The translations under genes and the position numbers were made by a program. Source: Bacteroidota bacterium (lineage in GTDB: Bacteria; Bacteroidota; Bacteroidia; UKL13-3). From it: a DNA stretch of 64,000 bases. A model generated the notes under the pieces. It did not search any database. It saw nothing but the letters and a program-made list of their open reading frames with translations, and was not told the DNA's origin. The stretch spans positions 74,719 to 138,718 of the forward strand of contig JAIXWD010000014.1 in assembly GCA_027482225.1 (NCBI GenBank), written 5' to 3'. Below, piece after piece: positions 10,008 to 21,700 of this stretch (the first letter of the stretch is position 1; each line of letters begins with the position of its first letter).

Positions 10008-12944
10008 TTAGAACTTATAACTGGCTCCAATGCTAACATTGTATCCATTAGTAAAGCGATAAACAGTGTTGTCAAAATTTGCTTTTACTGATGCTGGAAT
10101 ATTTGAGTCTATGCGTTGTTTAATACTGATATCATCAAATTTTCCGTTTTTGTTGTTGTCTTGATAAAATATTAAATCTTGAGCCAATAAATCACCAATA
10201 GTGAATTTGGCCTCTAAACCTTTGTAAATTTTACGTGCAATTGAAAGGTCAACTACAGTTCTTGGATTTTCCCATAAATCGGGAATTAAGCCATTTTTTT
10301 CTCTTACAAATGCAATCCGTCTTCCAACTCGATTAACAAATAAGGCAACCGACAAACCACTATTTGGATTATAGTATTGTATACTTGAATTGATAATGCT
10401 TGGGGATTGCCCCTGCAATGGACGGGTTCCTATACCTGCTGCTGCGGCAGATCCTTCAATTTTAACCTCTGAAAAAATACGTGCATAATTCATGGTGAAA
10501 ATAAAGTTTCTAAACAATAATTTGGTGCCCAATAATTTATCCAAAAAATCAAAGTTTTTTCTGATTTCAACCTCTAAGCCATAATTGGTTGCATTTGCAT
10601 CACTTGTGTAAGATAGCAAAGGATCACTTCCTGGCAATTCATTTAAACTTTCTATAGCATTGGTAAATTCTTTATAAAACAATGATCCAGAAATCAATTG
10701 CCCTTCTCCTGGGAAATACTCAAACCTAAAGTCATAATTATTAATTCTTGTGCGCGCCAAATTTGGTCTACCACTAACAGTAGTATTTAGGTTAAAATCA
10801 TAAAACGCAAAAGGAGCTAGTTCCCTAAATTCAGGTCTGGCCAAACTTCTGAAACCAGATAAACGTAAATTTACTTTTTCTGTTAACTCATAAGTGAGGT
10901 TTATCGAAGGAAGAAAATCGTTGAATGTGGTATCAATAGTTAATGGTTTTGGTGGTGATTGATTTAACTCAAACGTATTTAATATTTGTTGGTATGATTC
11001 AAAACGAGCACCATAAACTACCCTAAGCCTGCTGAACATACGTTGATCAAACATTACATAAGCTGCCTTTAGGTTAGACTCAGCTGAATACACATCTTGA
11101 GGTCGAAAATCTTCGTCAATATATAACGTATCATTTAACTTGTTTTTACTAAACAAGGTATCAATATTGCCTTGTATAAATTTTTGGTAATTATACGCAC
11201 TATTGGGATCGCTAACAAAACGTAAACGATAACCAAATGCACGTGCTTGAAAATCTCTTTTACGTTGTTGAATAAATCCACCAACCTTAACCACTGTTTT
11301 TATTTTTTTTCCTGTTAAAAAATTGACAGGTAATTGAAAATCTGCTCCGGCACTTTTGATGTTTTCATCTAAAGTAGAAAAGAACCTACCCGTTTGGGTA
11401 ATATCAATACTATTTGATATTTGAGCACCATAAGGAGTGTACTCACCAGTTGAAGGATCTATTAATGTTGAACGCGTAGAGAACCTTCTAAAATCTGGAA
11501 TATCTCTTTTAATTTTATTGTAGTTCAACACCCATTTTACTTTTAGCTTCGATATAGTTAAAAAGTGTTCACCTATTAATTGAGATGTAAGTAATTGGTT
11601 TTGTTGATAAGATAAATAATTATTCTTAACCAATGGAACTTGTTCATCTAGATAACTATCAATCCCGGTTCTTATTTGAGCAACATTTTCTGTATTAATG
11701 GTGTATGCATTTTTAAAACTAAACTTATGATTTCCGCCTAGCTTTAAACCAAAGTTAGCCATAGCGCCTGTTAGCAATTCATGTTTAGTTGTTTCATCAG
11801 TATAAGATGATAACAATTGGTTTTCATCCCCAATCATGGGTTTATTAAATCTATTTCTATCTACAGAGGTGTTTCGGTAACTATTATTGTATGAGCCAGA
11901 TAAGATATATCCAAACTCATTTTTCTTAGCAAACTTAAACATGTTACCACCAGCAATTTGTAATGAGTAATTTAATGGAAGTGATGATATGCGGTTAGTA
12001 CTCCAATTATCTTGAAATTTTTGACTTGCCGCTGCTTTTTCAGCTATAGTTTGGGTATGGTAAAATCCACGTCCTGCAATATCTGTTGGAACTTTGCGCG
12101 TTCCATCATCAAGACCAAGCAAATCAGTTTTGCCAGTTGTTGCAGATTGTATTCCACTTTTTCCAGTAGTTATACTATTAATACTGGTTCCAAAACCCAC
12201 TGAGACGAATTTTTTTTCTGGAATATCTTTGGTATTGATGGTGATTAAACCTCCGGTAAAATCACCAGGCAAATCTGGTGAACCTGATTTGGTAATCACC
12301 ATATTGTCAACCATGTTTGAAGGAATAATATCAAACGAAAATGCTTTACGATCAGATTCAGTACTAGGAAGGGGTGCGCCATTAATATATGCTGAATTAT
12401 AACGGTCATTCAAACCACGTATGATAGCAAATTTGTTATCTTGTATTGATGTTCCACTGATGCGTTTCATAGCATCACTAGTAGTGTTATCTGGTGATTT
12501 TTTGATTACATCAGCAGAAATACCATCAGAAACTGTAACTGAATTTTTTTGTTGAATTAATAATGCACTAGCACTTTCTTTTTTCAATTGACCTTGTACT
12601 ACAACTTCGCTCAACTCTTTAGAAGATGCTTCCATCGAAACATTGATAGTTGATGTTTCACTTCCTTTGACTTCAATGCCTACCAATTGTTTCTTAATAT
12701 AACCCACATAACTTACATTTAAGTTGTAAGTACCTGGTTTAAGATTTGCTATGGTAAATTTACCTTCTAAGTCGGTTGAAGCACCAAAGGAAGTTCCTTC
12801 AACACTAACTGAAACGCCTATTAGCTCTTCCCCATTTTTTTTATCGATTACTTTTCCAGTAATTTTTCCGGTTTGCGCAAATGCTGTTAGTCCGATGGTT
12901 AAGGCTAAAACAGTTGTAATTAATTTTTGTAAAGTGATTTTCAT
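10008..12944 (-). CDS. TonB-dependent receptor with carboxypeptidase-like regulatory N-domain
   Basis: ITGKVID..G N-domain, plug IIRGLNDRYN, RSLARPEFRELAPF, terminal YKF. Confidence 0.92.
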   Translation of the reverse strand: MKITLQKLITTVLALTIGLTAFAQTGKITGKVIDKKNGEELIGVSVSVEGTSFGASTDLEGKFTIANLKPGTYNLNVSYVGYIKKQLVGIEVKGSETSTINVSMEASSKELSEVVVQGQLKKESASALLIQQKNSVTVSDGISADVIKKSPDNTTSDAMKRISGTSIQDNKFAIIRGLNDRYNSAYINGAPLPSTESDRKAFSFDIIPSNMVDNMVITKSGSPDLPGDFTGGLITINTKDIPEKKFVSVGFGTSINSITTGKSGIQSATTGKTDLLGLDDGTRKVPTDIAGRGFYHTQTIAEKAAASQKFQDNWSTNRISSLPLNYSLQIAGGNMFKFAKKNEFGYILSGSYNNSYRNTSVDRNRFNKPMIGDENQLLSSYTDETTKHELLTGAMANFGLKLGGNHKFSFKNAYTINTENVAQIRTGIDSYLDEQVPLVKNNYLSYQQNQLLTSQLIGEHFLTISKLKVKWVLNYNKIKRDIPDFRRFSTRSTLIDPSTGEYTPYGAQISNSIDITQTGRFFSTLDENIKSAGADFQLPVNFLTGKKIKTVVKVGGFIQQRKRDFQARAFGYRLRFVSDPNSAYNYQKFIQGNIDTLFSKNKLNDTLYIDEDFRPQDVYSAESNLKAAYVMFDQRMFSRLRVVYGARFESYQQILNTFELNQSPPKPLTIDTTFNDFLPSINLTYELTEKVNLRLSGFRSLARPEFRELAPFAFYDFNLNTTVSGRPNLARTRINNYDFRFEYFPGEGQLISGSLFYKEFTNAIESLNELPGSDPLLSYTSDANATNYGLEVEIRKNFDFLDKLLGTKLLFRNFIFTMNYARIFSEVKIEGSAAAAGIGTRPLQGQSPSIINSSIQYYNPNSGLSVALFVNRVGRRIAFVREKNGLIPDLWENPRTVVDLSIARKIYKGLEAKFTIGDLLAQDLIFYQDNNKNGKFDDISIKQRIDSNIPASVKANFDNTVYRFTNGYNVSIGASYKF

Positions 12945-12969
12945 TTGTTAAGGTGTGTGAAAACGTGGA

Positions 12970-13058
12970 CAAAAGTACCCTACGTTTGGTTCCAACCCGT
13001 TAAACAAAAGTTATCCTTGAGTTAATATAGTATCAATTATATGTTAAGTAAACGTTAA
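12970..13058 (-). promoter_or_regulatory. -7 box TACTTTTG plus six 11-bp-period TTAAC direct repeats (PhoB/OmpR-type box array)
   Basis: caaaagta 12970-12977; gttaa 12999, gttat 13010, gttaa 13021, atcaa 13032, gttaa 13043, gttaa 13054. Confidence 0.75.
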
Positions 13059-13063
13059 TACCT

Positions 13064-13090
13064 AGAAAATCCGCACTTGGCGGGTTTTCT
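13064..13090 (-). terminator. Hairpin, possible terminator downstream of kbl
   Basis: agaaaatccgc-acttg-gcgggttttct. Confidence 0.5.
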
Positions 13091-13386
13091 GAAAATCCTA
13101 ATTTTTTTTAGGTTATCCCATATTATTCGTTTGAAATACAAACATAATAATCGATGTAAGAAAATCAAACTTTTGGGTATCCGCTACACTTCACACAAAA
13201 GATGATTTTCTATACCGAGGCTTCGGTACGGGATTACCCCAACTTTTACCAATTGCATTTATTTTAATAAATAGCAATGGTTAATGCCGATGAACCTAAA
13301 CATATTCTATAATTAGTACTATTTTACAAGGCATAATGCAGATAGTTCGGCTCATACTTAGCCTTCTACTGCATAAATTGGGTAAA

Positions 13387-14583
13387 TTATTTAATAACAC
13401 CTAATTCTTTACCCACTTTGGTAAATGCCGCTATTGCCTTTTCAATATGAAGTGGCTCATGTGCTGCAGAAAGTTGTACACGAATACGTGCTAAGTTTTT
13501 AGGCACAACGGGGTAAAAGAATCCCGTTACATAAATACCTTCATCTAATAATTTAGCAGCCATTTCCTGAGCTAATTTTGCATCATATAACATAACAGGA
13601 ACTATGGCACTGGCGCCACCGCGTAAATCAAATCCAGCAGCTTGCATGCCAATTTTAAACTGATTAACATTCGCCTCTAACTTATCGCGCAATGCAGTGC
13701 TTTCATTTAATAATTTAAATACTTCAATACTTGCACCAACAATTGCTGGGGCCAATGAGTTACTAAATAAATATGGGCGAGAGCGCTGACGTAACAACTC
13801 AATAATTTCTTTTTTACCTGTTGTATAACCACCCATAGCGCCACCTAAAGCTTTACCTAATGTTCCGGTAATGATATCTACACGGCCCATAACATTGCAC
13901 AACTCAGGTACGCCTCTTCCCGTTTTACCAATAAATCCTGCACTGTGGCACTCATCTGTCATTACCAATGCATCGTATTTGTCGGCCAAATCACAAATTT
14001 TATCCATTTGTGCCACGTAACCATCCATACTAAACACCCCATCGGTTACAATAATTTTAAACCTTGCACCTTTTTCGTTAGCAGCAATTAATTGCGCTTC
14101 CAAATCAGCCATGTCGTTATTTTTATAGCGATAACGTTGTGCTTTACACAAACGCACCCCATCTATAATACTGGCATGGTTTAACTCATCACTTATAATG
14201 GCATCAGCTTCCTGAAACAATGGTTCAAAAACACCACCATTTGCATCAAAAGCTGCGGCATATAAAATGGTATCTTCAGTGCCATAAAAATCGGCAATGG
14301 TTTTCTCTAATTCTTTATGAATATCTTGTGTACCACAAATAAAACGCACACTACTCATACCAAAACCATGTGTTTCTAAAGCCTTTTTAGCAGCTTCTTT
14401 AACACGTGGATGCGATGATAAACCCAAGTAATTATTGGCGCAAAAATTTAATACACTTTGACCAGTATTTAAAGTAATTTCTGCACCCTGTTCAGAAACA
14501 ATAATGCGCTCGCTTTTATATAATCCAGCAGCTTTAATATCAGCTAATTCTTGTTGTAAGTGTTGTTGTAATTTACCGTACAT
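13387..14583 (-). CDS. kbl: Glycine C-acetyltransferase (2-amino-3-ketobutyrate CoA ligase)
   Basis: NFCANNYLGLS, SVRFICGTQDIHK, TGTLGKALGG, RQRSRPYLFSN. Confidence 0.95.
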   Translation of the reverse strand: MYGKLQQHLQQELADIKAAGLYKSERIIVSEQGAEITLNTGQSVLNFCANNYLGLSSHPRVKEAAKKALETHGFGMSSVRFICGTQDIHKELEKTIADFYGTEDTILYAAAFDANGGVFEPLFQEADAIISDELNHASIIDGVRLCKAQRYRYKNNDMADLEAQLIAANEKGARFKIIVTDGVFSMDGYVAQMDKICDLADKYDALVMTDECHSAGFIGKTGRGVPELCNVMGRVDIITGTLGKALGGAMGGYTTGKKEIIELLRQRSRPYLFSNSLAPAIVGASIEVFKLLNESTALRDKLEANVNQFKIGMQAAGFDLRGGASAIVPVMLYDAKLAQEMAAKLLDEGIYVTGFFYPVVPKNLARIRVQLSAAHEPLHIEKAIAAFTKVGKELGVIK

Positions 14584-14612
14584 AGGTTTTATTCTTAATT
14601 TTAATGTAATAT

Positions 14613-15464
14613 TTATTTAGGTTGATAGGCAAATTGAGCTGCACACCAATTATTTTTTACCAAGTGTTTTTTTAAATGTAAACCAAGTGGTTCGGTAGCA
14701 TTTTTTAAATCACTTAAATCAGATTCATAAAAACCACTAATTAATAAAAACGCACCTGGTTTCATATGTTTTACAATGGTAGTAAAACTACTTAGCAAAA
14801 TGTTTTTATTGATATTCGCTAGCACACCATCAAAGGTTTCTGTATCTTTTATTACCGATAAAGTTCCTAGTCTGAATTCAAAATTAATCAAGTTGTTTAA
14901 GTTTTTATTCTCGGTAATGTTATCAATACACCATTCATCAATATCATTTCCAATAATTTGGGCGGCACCTAGTTTTAATGCCATTAAACCAAGCACTCCT
15001 GTACCACATCCGTAATCAAATATTTGTTTATTGGTAAAATCTTGTTCAAGCATTAACTCTAAAACCAATTGAGTGGTTTCATGGTGGCCAGTACCAAAAG
15101 TATTTTTGGGTTGTATGGTAATGGTATGAGCATAATCCATTTTTATATCGTGAAACGGTGCACGAACTAAAATCTTATCAGCAACAACAATTTGCTCGTA
15201 AGAAGCTTCCCACTGTGCATTCCAATTTTGTGGTTCGATTATGCTGTGCGGAACATCATTTGGGTTGATACCATATTTTAAAAGCAAATCATTATACATT
15301 AATGGATTATGCAGTGATTGAGGAATATAAGCAGAAAAACCTTCGTCAGTTTCAATAAATCCTTCGTACTCCAATTCAGCCAATTCTGCAACAAGCAATT
15401 CTCTGGTATCTTCGTCACAAATTATAGCAAATTCAAAATAGGCTTCCATAAGGCAAATATGCAC
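14613..15464 (-). CDS. prmA: Ribosomal protein L11 methyltransferase (start probably at MEAY)
   Basis: WNAQWE, FGTGHHETT, DYGCGTGVL, LANIN. Confidence 0.9.
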   Translation of the reverse strand: MHICLMEAYFEFAIICDEDTRELLVAELAELEYEGFIETDEGFSAYIPQSLHNPLMYNDLLLKYGINPNDVPHSIIEPQNWNAQWEASYEQIVVADKILVRAPFHDIKMDYAHTITIQPKNTFGTGHHETTQLVLELMLEQDFTNKQIFDYGCGTGVLGLMALKLGAAQIIGNDIDEWCIDNITENKNLNNLINFEFRLGTLSVIKDTETFDGVLANINKNILLSSFTTIVKHMKPGAFLLISGFYESDLSDLKNATEPLGLHLKKHLVKNNWCAAQFAYQPK

Positions 15465-15528
15465 AAAAAGTATAGGTATAAAAAGACCCGTTTTGCAAAG
15501 AGCGGCTAAATTCCTTTTTCTAAATTAG

Positions 15529-16695
15529 TTACAATAATTTTTGGTATGCGCGCATCCATCTATCAGGAATTTCATCGTTTAATGCAGCTTGATAATCGCT
15601 GTAACTGCATGGTACCATAAACATTCCTTTTTGATTTGAGCGTTCTTTCGGGTAAGGCACTTCCATCCACCAACGCTCATTGTAAATGTTTTTATAGAAT
15701 ACAATCTCGTAATCACCTGCTTTAAATGTAGTACGGTAAATCATGTAATCTTTACTTTCAATTGTTGGGTAATCATACTTACGGTTATAAAAACCATCAA
15801 TAAAATACCATAACATTTGCGAAACCAATTTGCTACCACAAGCATTGGTATCGTGAAATGCGTTTAAATCATAGAAACCAATGCTGGTTAAATCGTTACC
15901 CATACCTGCATAACGTGAAATCTGGCAAGCCTCTTCGCCATAAAATCCATTAGGATTCATATCAATACTTGAAGCAACATCAGCAGCCTTAACACTGTTT
16001 AAACTAAAAACCATCATATCAGCATTACGTGCCAATGGTTCTGTGTCTTGCATTTTGGCCCTTACTTGGCCTAGCCTAAACACATCAAAATTCATTTTAT
16101 CAAATGCATCTAAACTTTCTTGCTCTACAAAATAAGCTTGGTTACCTATGTGGATGATGTTGAATAAAAAGTTAGGTTGATGGGTAATGGTTTTATATAA
16201 ATAATTAGCATATTCAGGATTAGATTCATTTTGCTTCAAATCAATTGTAGCATCAGCTACCAAAACATTTAAATTAGGATTAAACCCTTGGTATGAGGTA
16301 AACTGCGCATAAGCCAAATCGCTAGGGCCACCTAAAATAATGGTTACAATTTTGCGTTCGTGTAGTTCTTTTAAACATTCATTTAGTGCAAACATGGTAT
16401 CACTTACACTACTTCCTGGTTCAATATTACCTAAGTCGGCAATTTTTACTTCATATTTAGGTTGAACCAACTTATATAGTTGTTTCCTTACCTCATCAGG
16501 AGTTAAACTTAAACCAGCATGTGAAGACCTTAATCGTTCTTCTTTTACACCTATTATGGCTATTCGAACATCGTCCAGATCAGGAAATTTTTTAGTGTAG
16601 ATATCAATTACATTAACCAAACTTTTAGGAGAAGTTTCAGTTATATTGGCAAATACCGATTGCGGAATCGGACTTAAGAAGTCGCTTAATTGCAT
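15529..16695 (-). CDS. Arginase/formimidoylglutamase-fold protein
   Basis: IADLGNI, ILGG, PNGFYGEEACQISRYAG, Bacteroidota-type C-terminal RWWMEVP. Confidence 0.8.
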   Translation of the reverse strand: MQLSDFLSPIPQSVFANITETSPKSLVNVIDIYTKKFPDLDDVRIAIIGVKEERLRSSHAGLSLTPDEVRKQLYKLVQPKYEVKIADLGNIEPGSSVSDTMFALNECLKELHERKIVTIILGGPSDLAYAQFTSYQGFNPNLNVLVADATIDLKQNESNPEYANYLYKTITHQPNFLFNIIHIGNQAYFVEQESLDAFDKMNFDVFRLGQVRAKMQDTEPLARNADMMVFSLNSVKAADVASSIDMNPNGFYGEEACQISRYAGMGNDLTSIGFYDLNAFHDTNACGSKLVSQMLWYFIDGFYNRKYDYPTIESKDYMIYRTTFKAGDYEIVFYKNIYNERWWMEVPYPKERSNQKGMFMVPCSYSDYQAALNDEIPDRWMRAYQKLL

Positions 16696-16759
16696 GATGT
16701 ATATTTAATGGTCGCAAAATACCTTATTTTCGTCCGCAGGTAATAAACATTTCCACACT

Positions 16760-17773
16760 TTGATAGCAGTTAGCGGAGCAACAGGATTTTTAGGTGCGCA
16801 CCTTGTTTGCAGGCTTTTGAAAAAGGGCTTGCAAGTAAGGGCATTAAAAAGGTCGGACAGTAATATGGCCGAGTTTGAATACATATACTCATTATTATTT
16901 ATAAATAATGATGCCAAACAAAACCTAACTTGGTTTGAAGCAGATTTGTTGGACACCCCAGCTCTTGAAAGTGTGCTTCATGGTGTTGATGAAGTATACC
17001 ACTGCGCAGCCATGGTATCTTTTAGCCAAAAAGACAAGGATATCATGATGCAAGCTAACGTTCAGGGAACTGCTAATATGGTAAATTTAAGTTTAATCCA
17101 TGGCGTTAAAAAGTTTGCTTTCATCAGTTCAATTGCAGCACTTGGACGCGAAAAAAGCGGTGTGCATGTTACAGAAAAATCTAAATGGGTTGAATCTAAA
17201 CTAAACAGCAATTATGCCGTTAGTAAATACAAAGCTGAGATGGAAGTTTGGCGAGCATCCATGGAAGGTTTAAACGTAGTTATTGTGAATCCTGGGGTTA
17301 TTTTAGGTAGTGGTAATTGGCAAAAAGGCTCTTGCGCATTGTTTAATATGGCTTACAAAGGAATGCCGTTTTATACCCATGGCGTAAATGGTTATGTAGA
17401 TGTATTGGATGTTGCCGATGCAACCATTCAATTAATGGATAATAATATTTTTGCAGAGCGTTTTATTTTGGTAAGCGAAAACACCAGTATTAAATATTTT
17501 TTAGATGAAACAGCAACCCAATTAAACAAAAAGAAACCAAGTATTGAGGTAAATAAAATCTTAGCAGAGATGGCATTGATAGGTTCAGCAATTGCAGCTT
17601 TTTTTACAGGAAAAAAGCCAAATTTAACTAAAGAAACCTCTCGCGCATCCCTTAATAAATATTATTACAGCAACCAAAAAATTAAAGATAAAATAGGGTT
17701 TGAATTTATACCGATAAAGCAAACTATAGCACAAACCTGCAATCATTTATTACAACAAAAAAAAACATCATGA
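16760..17773 (+). CDS. NAD-dependent epimerase/dehydratase (extended SDR)
   Basis: GATGFLG, HCAA, YAVSK. Confidence 0.9.
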   Translation: MIAVSGATGFLGAHLVCRLLKKGLQVRALKRSDSNMAEFEYIYSLLFINNDAKQNLTWFEADLLDTPALESVLHGVDEVYHCAAMVSFSQKDKDIMMQANVQGTANMVNLSLIHGVKKFAFISSIAALGREKSGVHVTEKSKWVESKLNSNYAVSKYKAEMEVWRASMEGLNVVIVNPGVILGSGNWQKGSCALFNMAYKGMPFYTHGVNGYVDVLDVADATIQLMDNNIFAERFILVSENTSIKYFLDETATQLNKKKPSIEVNKILAEMALIGSAIAAFFTGKKPNLTKETSRASLNKYYYSNQKIKDKIGFEFIPIKQTIAQTCNHLLQQKKTS

Positions 17774-18474
17774 GATTATTTTTAACCACAGTTGCTGCGG
17801 CAACTTTAACACTAACAGCTTGCAACAATAGCAACAATTCGGCTAGCAACGATTCAATTAAAAATCTAGAAAAATTGTACAAAAACAGCTATAATTTAAA
17901 AGACATACCTACTGCAATTACTGCTGTACAATTAATTTTAATTATCGATAGTACAAACACTTTGAGGGACTCGTTACCAAGTATGTACTTGGCTGAACAA
18001 AATATTGATGCATGTTTAACCACTACTGAAGATGCTTTAAAACGTTACCCAGAAAGTGAAGAATACGCCAAATATAAAATGTTGTGTTTAGAACAAGTTG
18101 GTAAAGCCGATGAATTATTTACACTAGCAAATAATTTATACAACAAAACAGGCAAAGCGGAATATGTATACAAAATTGCATCGGTGCAATTGGTTACTGG
18201 AGAGTTTGACGCTGCCAATAAAACCATCAGTAACATGATGGAAAAATATAAAAACACCAAAGACAGTGTGGATATTTTTATTGACCAAGGCCAAAGCCAA
18301 AGGGTGCCAATTATTGCTGCCTGCTGGAACATGAAGGGTTACCTGTATATACAGACACAAAAATACCAACAAGCAGGTGAGGCATACCAAAAAGCCATTC
18401 AAATATTCCCTGATTTTGTAATGGCACGCAGAAACCTACAACAATTAATACAAGGTGCACAACAGCAACGCTAA
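17770..18474 (+). CDS. TPR-containing lipoprotein
   Basis: LTAC lipobox; C-terminal TPR WNMKGYLY..AYQKAIQIFPDF. Confidence 0.75.
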   Translation: MRLFLTTVAAATLTLTACNNSNNSASNDSIKNLEKLYKNSYNLKDIPTAITAVQLILIIDSTNTLRDSLPSMYLAEQNIDACLTTTEDALKRYPESEEYAKYKMLCLEQVGKADELFTLANNLYNKTGKAEYVYKIASVQLVTGEFDAANKTISNMMEKYKNTKDSVDIFIDQGQSQRVPIIAACWNMKGYLYIQTQKYQQAGEAYQKAIQIFPDFVMARRNLQQLIQGAQQQR

Positions 18475-18494
18475 AATTTATTACAACTTTTTAC

Positions 18495-18537
18495 AAAATA
18501 CCTATACAACTAATCATGTTGTATAGGTATTTTTTTT
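18495..18537 (+). terminator. Intrinsic terminator
   Basis: aaaatacctatacaac-taatcat-gttgtataggtatttt, 16-bp stem plus T run. Confidence 0.8.
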
Positions 18538-18792
18538 GTGTATATAAAACCTTGAAAATTCATAACTATCTAAGGGCTTGTTTAAATAGTATAATGCGGA
18601 CTTAAGGGAATAAATTATGAATTAAACCCTTATAAGTGGAGGAACTTATTAGGCTGTTAAAGGCCAATACACAATCTATTATTCTTTAAACACACAATTA
18701 TCAGATCCAATTATTGTATTAACATTCAAAAAAAAATATTTTTATATTTAGATATTTTATATCTTGAACCATAATTCAAACAATTACATAAG

Positions 18793-21700
18793 ATGAAACA
18801 CAACTACACTACACCCATTTTTAAAGGCAGAACACGTAAGTTGCTACTGCTTTTCAGTTTGCTCTTTTGGCTGTTGCCAGTGCAGGCTCAAATAGTATTA
18901 AATTCCACTTCTGGAACAACATCAGGCAACTACACTACACTTAAAGCTGCCATCGATAACATTAATAATGGTACGCACACTGGCGTTATTTTTATTACCG
19001 TGCATGGTAATACCACAGAAACTGCAGGTAGCGTTTTATTTGAAAGCGGAAATGGGGGTTCATCATATTCATTGGTGGTAATCCGTCCAGCTGATACAGC
19101 AACCGTAAATAAAACCATTGACTTGGGTTTATCGGGTTCAGTATTACTAGAGTTAAACGGAGCCGACAATGTATTTATTGACGGAAGACCATTAAGCCAA
19201 GGCACGGCCAGGTTATTAACATTTACTCATTCAAACCCAAATGCCAGTGCAACTTCTGGTGTAATCCGTTTAATTAATGGTGCTTCTTTTGTTCAAATCT
19301 CACACTTAAATTCTAGTTGTTTAACTACCGCTGCTACAACAGCAAGTATTAATATCAGTTTATCAACCTCTTTAGCTACAACTGGTAACAGAAATATTGC
19401 TATTGATAATTGCCTCATAACAGGTGGTGTTCAAGGTATAAATATGACAGGTACTTTGGCCAATTTCATGGATAGTATTTTCATTGTTAAAAATACCATT
19501 TTAAACGCACAAGGGTCTAGTGTTATAGTAAATGCAGTAAAAACACTTCAAATAGATTCAAATGTTATAACACATAATTCTGCATTTACAGGTTGGAATG
19601 TATTTGGTTTAAACATCAACCCAAATGTAAGTGGAGCCAATTATTTAATTTCAAGAAACAACATTAATAACTTACAAACTGCAAGTGCAGCGCAAATGGC
19701 GGGTATACTAGTTAGTCCGGGAACTGCAGGCTTAACTGTTGCTCCAGTTGTAAATTTAATTAACAACAATGTTTCGTTATTAGCCACCAATGCAGGTCTA
19801 ACCTTTGCACGTGCAATGCAATTTCAAGGAGCAAATCCTGCAGTTGTAAATTGTTACCACAATACTTTCCGCCTTGGTGGAAGTGGTGCAGGTACTACAG
19901 GAAACCCTGCATCAATAGCTGTTGCAAAAAGTAATAATTCAACCGCAGGTACTTTTGTGTTTACAAATAACATTTGTATTAATACCAGAATTGGAGCTGC
20001 TAACCCACATGTCGGATATTGGAACAGCCAGGCGACTGCTGGTATAAATACAACTGATTACAACACCATTCATGGACCTGTTTTTAGTGCCATTGCCAAT
20101 GGATTTTACCAAGGCACAATTGGTGCATACCGAACTGCTTCACTTCCCAACGAACAAAACTCATCTTTTGGCTTAATCGACTTTAACAATAATTTTGATC
20201 CAATTGTTAATCTAAACGGACCAAATACATCAGGTGTAAAACTATCAGGAACACCAATAGTTTCTGTACCAATTGATATGTATGGAACAGCAAGAAGTAC
20301 CGTTAGACCATATAGAGGTGCATTTGAATCATTAACTCAAATTGACACATTTGATATACAAACGGTTATATTGTATACTTATGGTAAAATACCTATTGGA
20401 ACAGATGATACAATAAGGGTTTTAGTAAGAAACCAAGGTACTGGTGCTGTAACAAATCATCCAATAAACTTAACCAGTACAAAAAATGGTTATTTGGGTG
20501 CAGTAAATGTGAGCTTACCTCCAGCTGGTGAAGCCATCATTAACATGGTGCCATATACTCCATTTCTTTTAGGCTTCGACACCTTGAGGGCATACCCAAA
20601 TCCTGATCAAAAAAGAAGCAACGATACTTCGTTATGGGTTAGAGAAAATACATTAAATGCCTTGAGTTACAGCCGTCCATTTACTGCACAAACAGGTAAT
20701 GTTGGCACAAATCCTGAAGGCGAAATTGTTGCTAAATTCTATACACCTGTGCCAAATTTCGTGAATCAGGTAAATGTTAATTTTACAAACAATTTCTTTA
20801 ACGGACCATTTCCTTTTCAAGTTGTCATGTATGAAGATTCAGGTTCTAATCTTGGTCCTAAAAGAGTTCCATTTTGGGTATCTGCAACACAAAATACAGT
20901 GAATGGTGTATTTAACTTATCTATTCCTTCTGTGCCGGTTAGCGGTTCTTTTTACATAGGAGTTCGTCAAACCACAGCAAATAATATTGGTTTTGCATTT
21001 CAAAACGAAAACCCTATTCGTAACCAAACTTTTTACTTCCGTCAAGGTGTGGGTTTCCAAACTTTAGCATGGAACGATTTTGCAGTAAACCCTAATAACC
21101 AATTTAGGTTTATGATTGAACCACGATTAACCATTAATGATGATTTAGGTGTTGTTGATTTATTTGCACCTGGAGCAGGATGTGTTAACCTTGGCAATCA
21201 ACCAGTATCAGTTCAAGTTCAAAATTTGGGGTTATTAAATCAATCATTTGCTACCGACACGCTGCGTATTTTAGGAAGAGTAATTAAACCTTCTGGCAAT
21301 ACCATTTCATTCGGGCCGATATTGGTTACTAGTGGAAGCTTAGTTGCAGGTAATACCTTAAACGTTACTGTTATTCCTTCATTTAATTTCGACTCTGCAG
21401 GTGCATACACATTCACCGCATGGACACGTTTTGGACCTGATGGAAATGCAATAAACGATACCTTACCACCATTAGTGCGTAATGTTTTTGCTATAAGCAA
21501 TGCACCAATTGTGCAAGACTTTAACGCCACTACATTCCCAACAACATGGAGTACCAACCGCTTTTTTATTAGTCCTACTAACGGTGTAAACAATACCAAT
21601 TCAATTAGAGTAGGTATTGATAACTCTAGCCCTTTTGCAGCAAACGCGTTTATACAATCTCCACGTATTGGTGGCATTACTGCTAATAGTGTATTACGAT

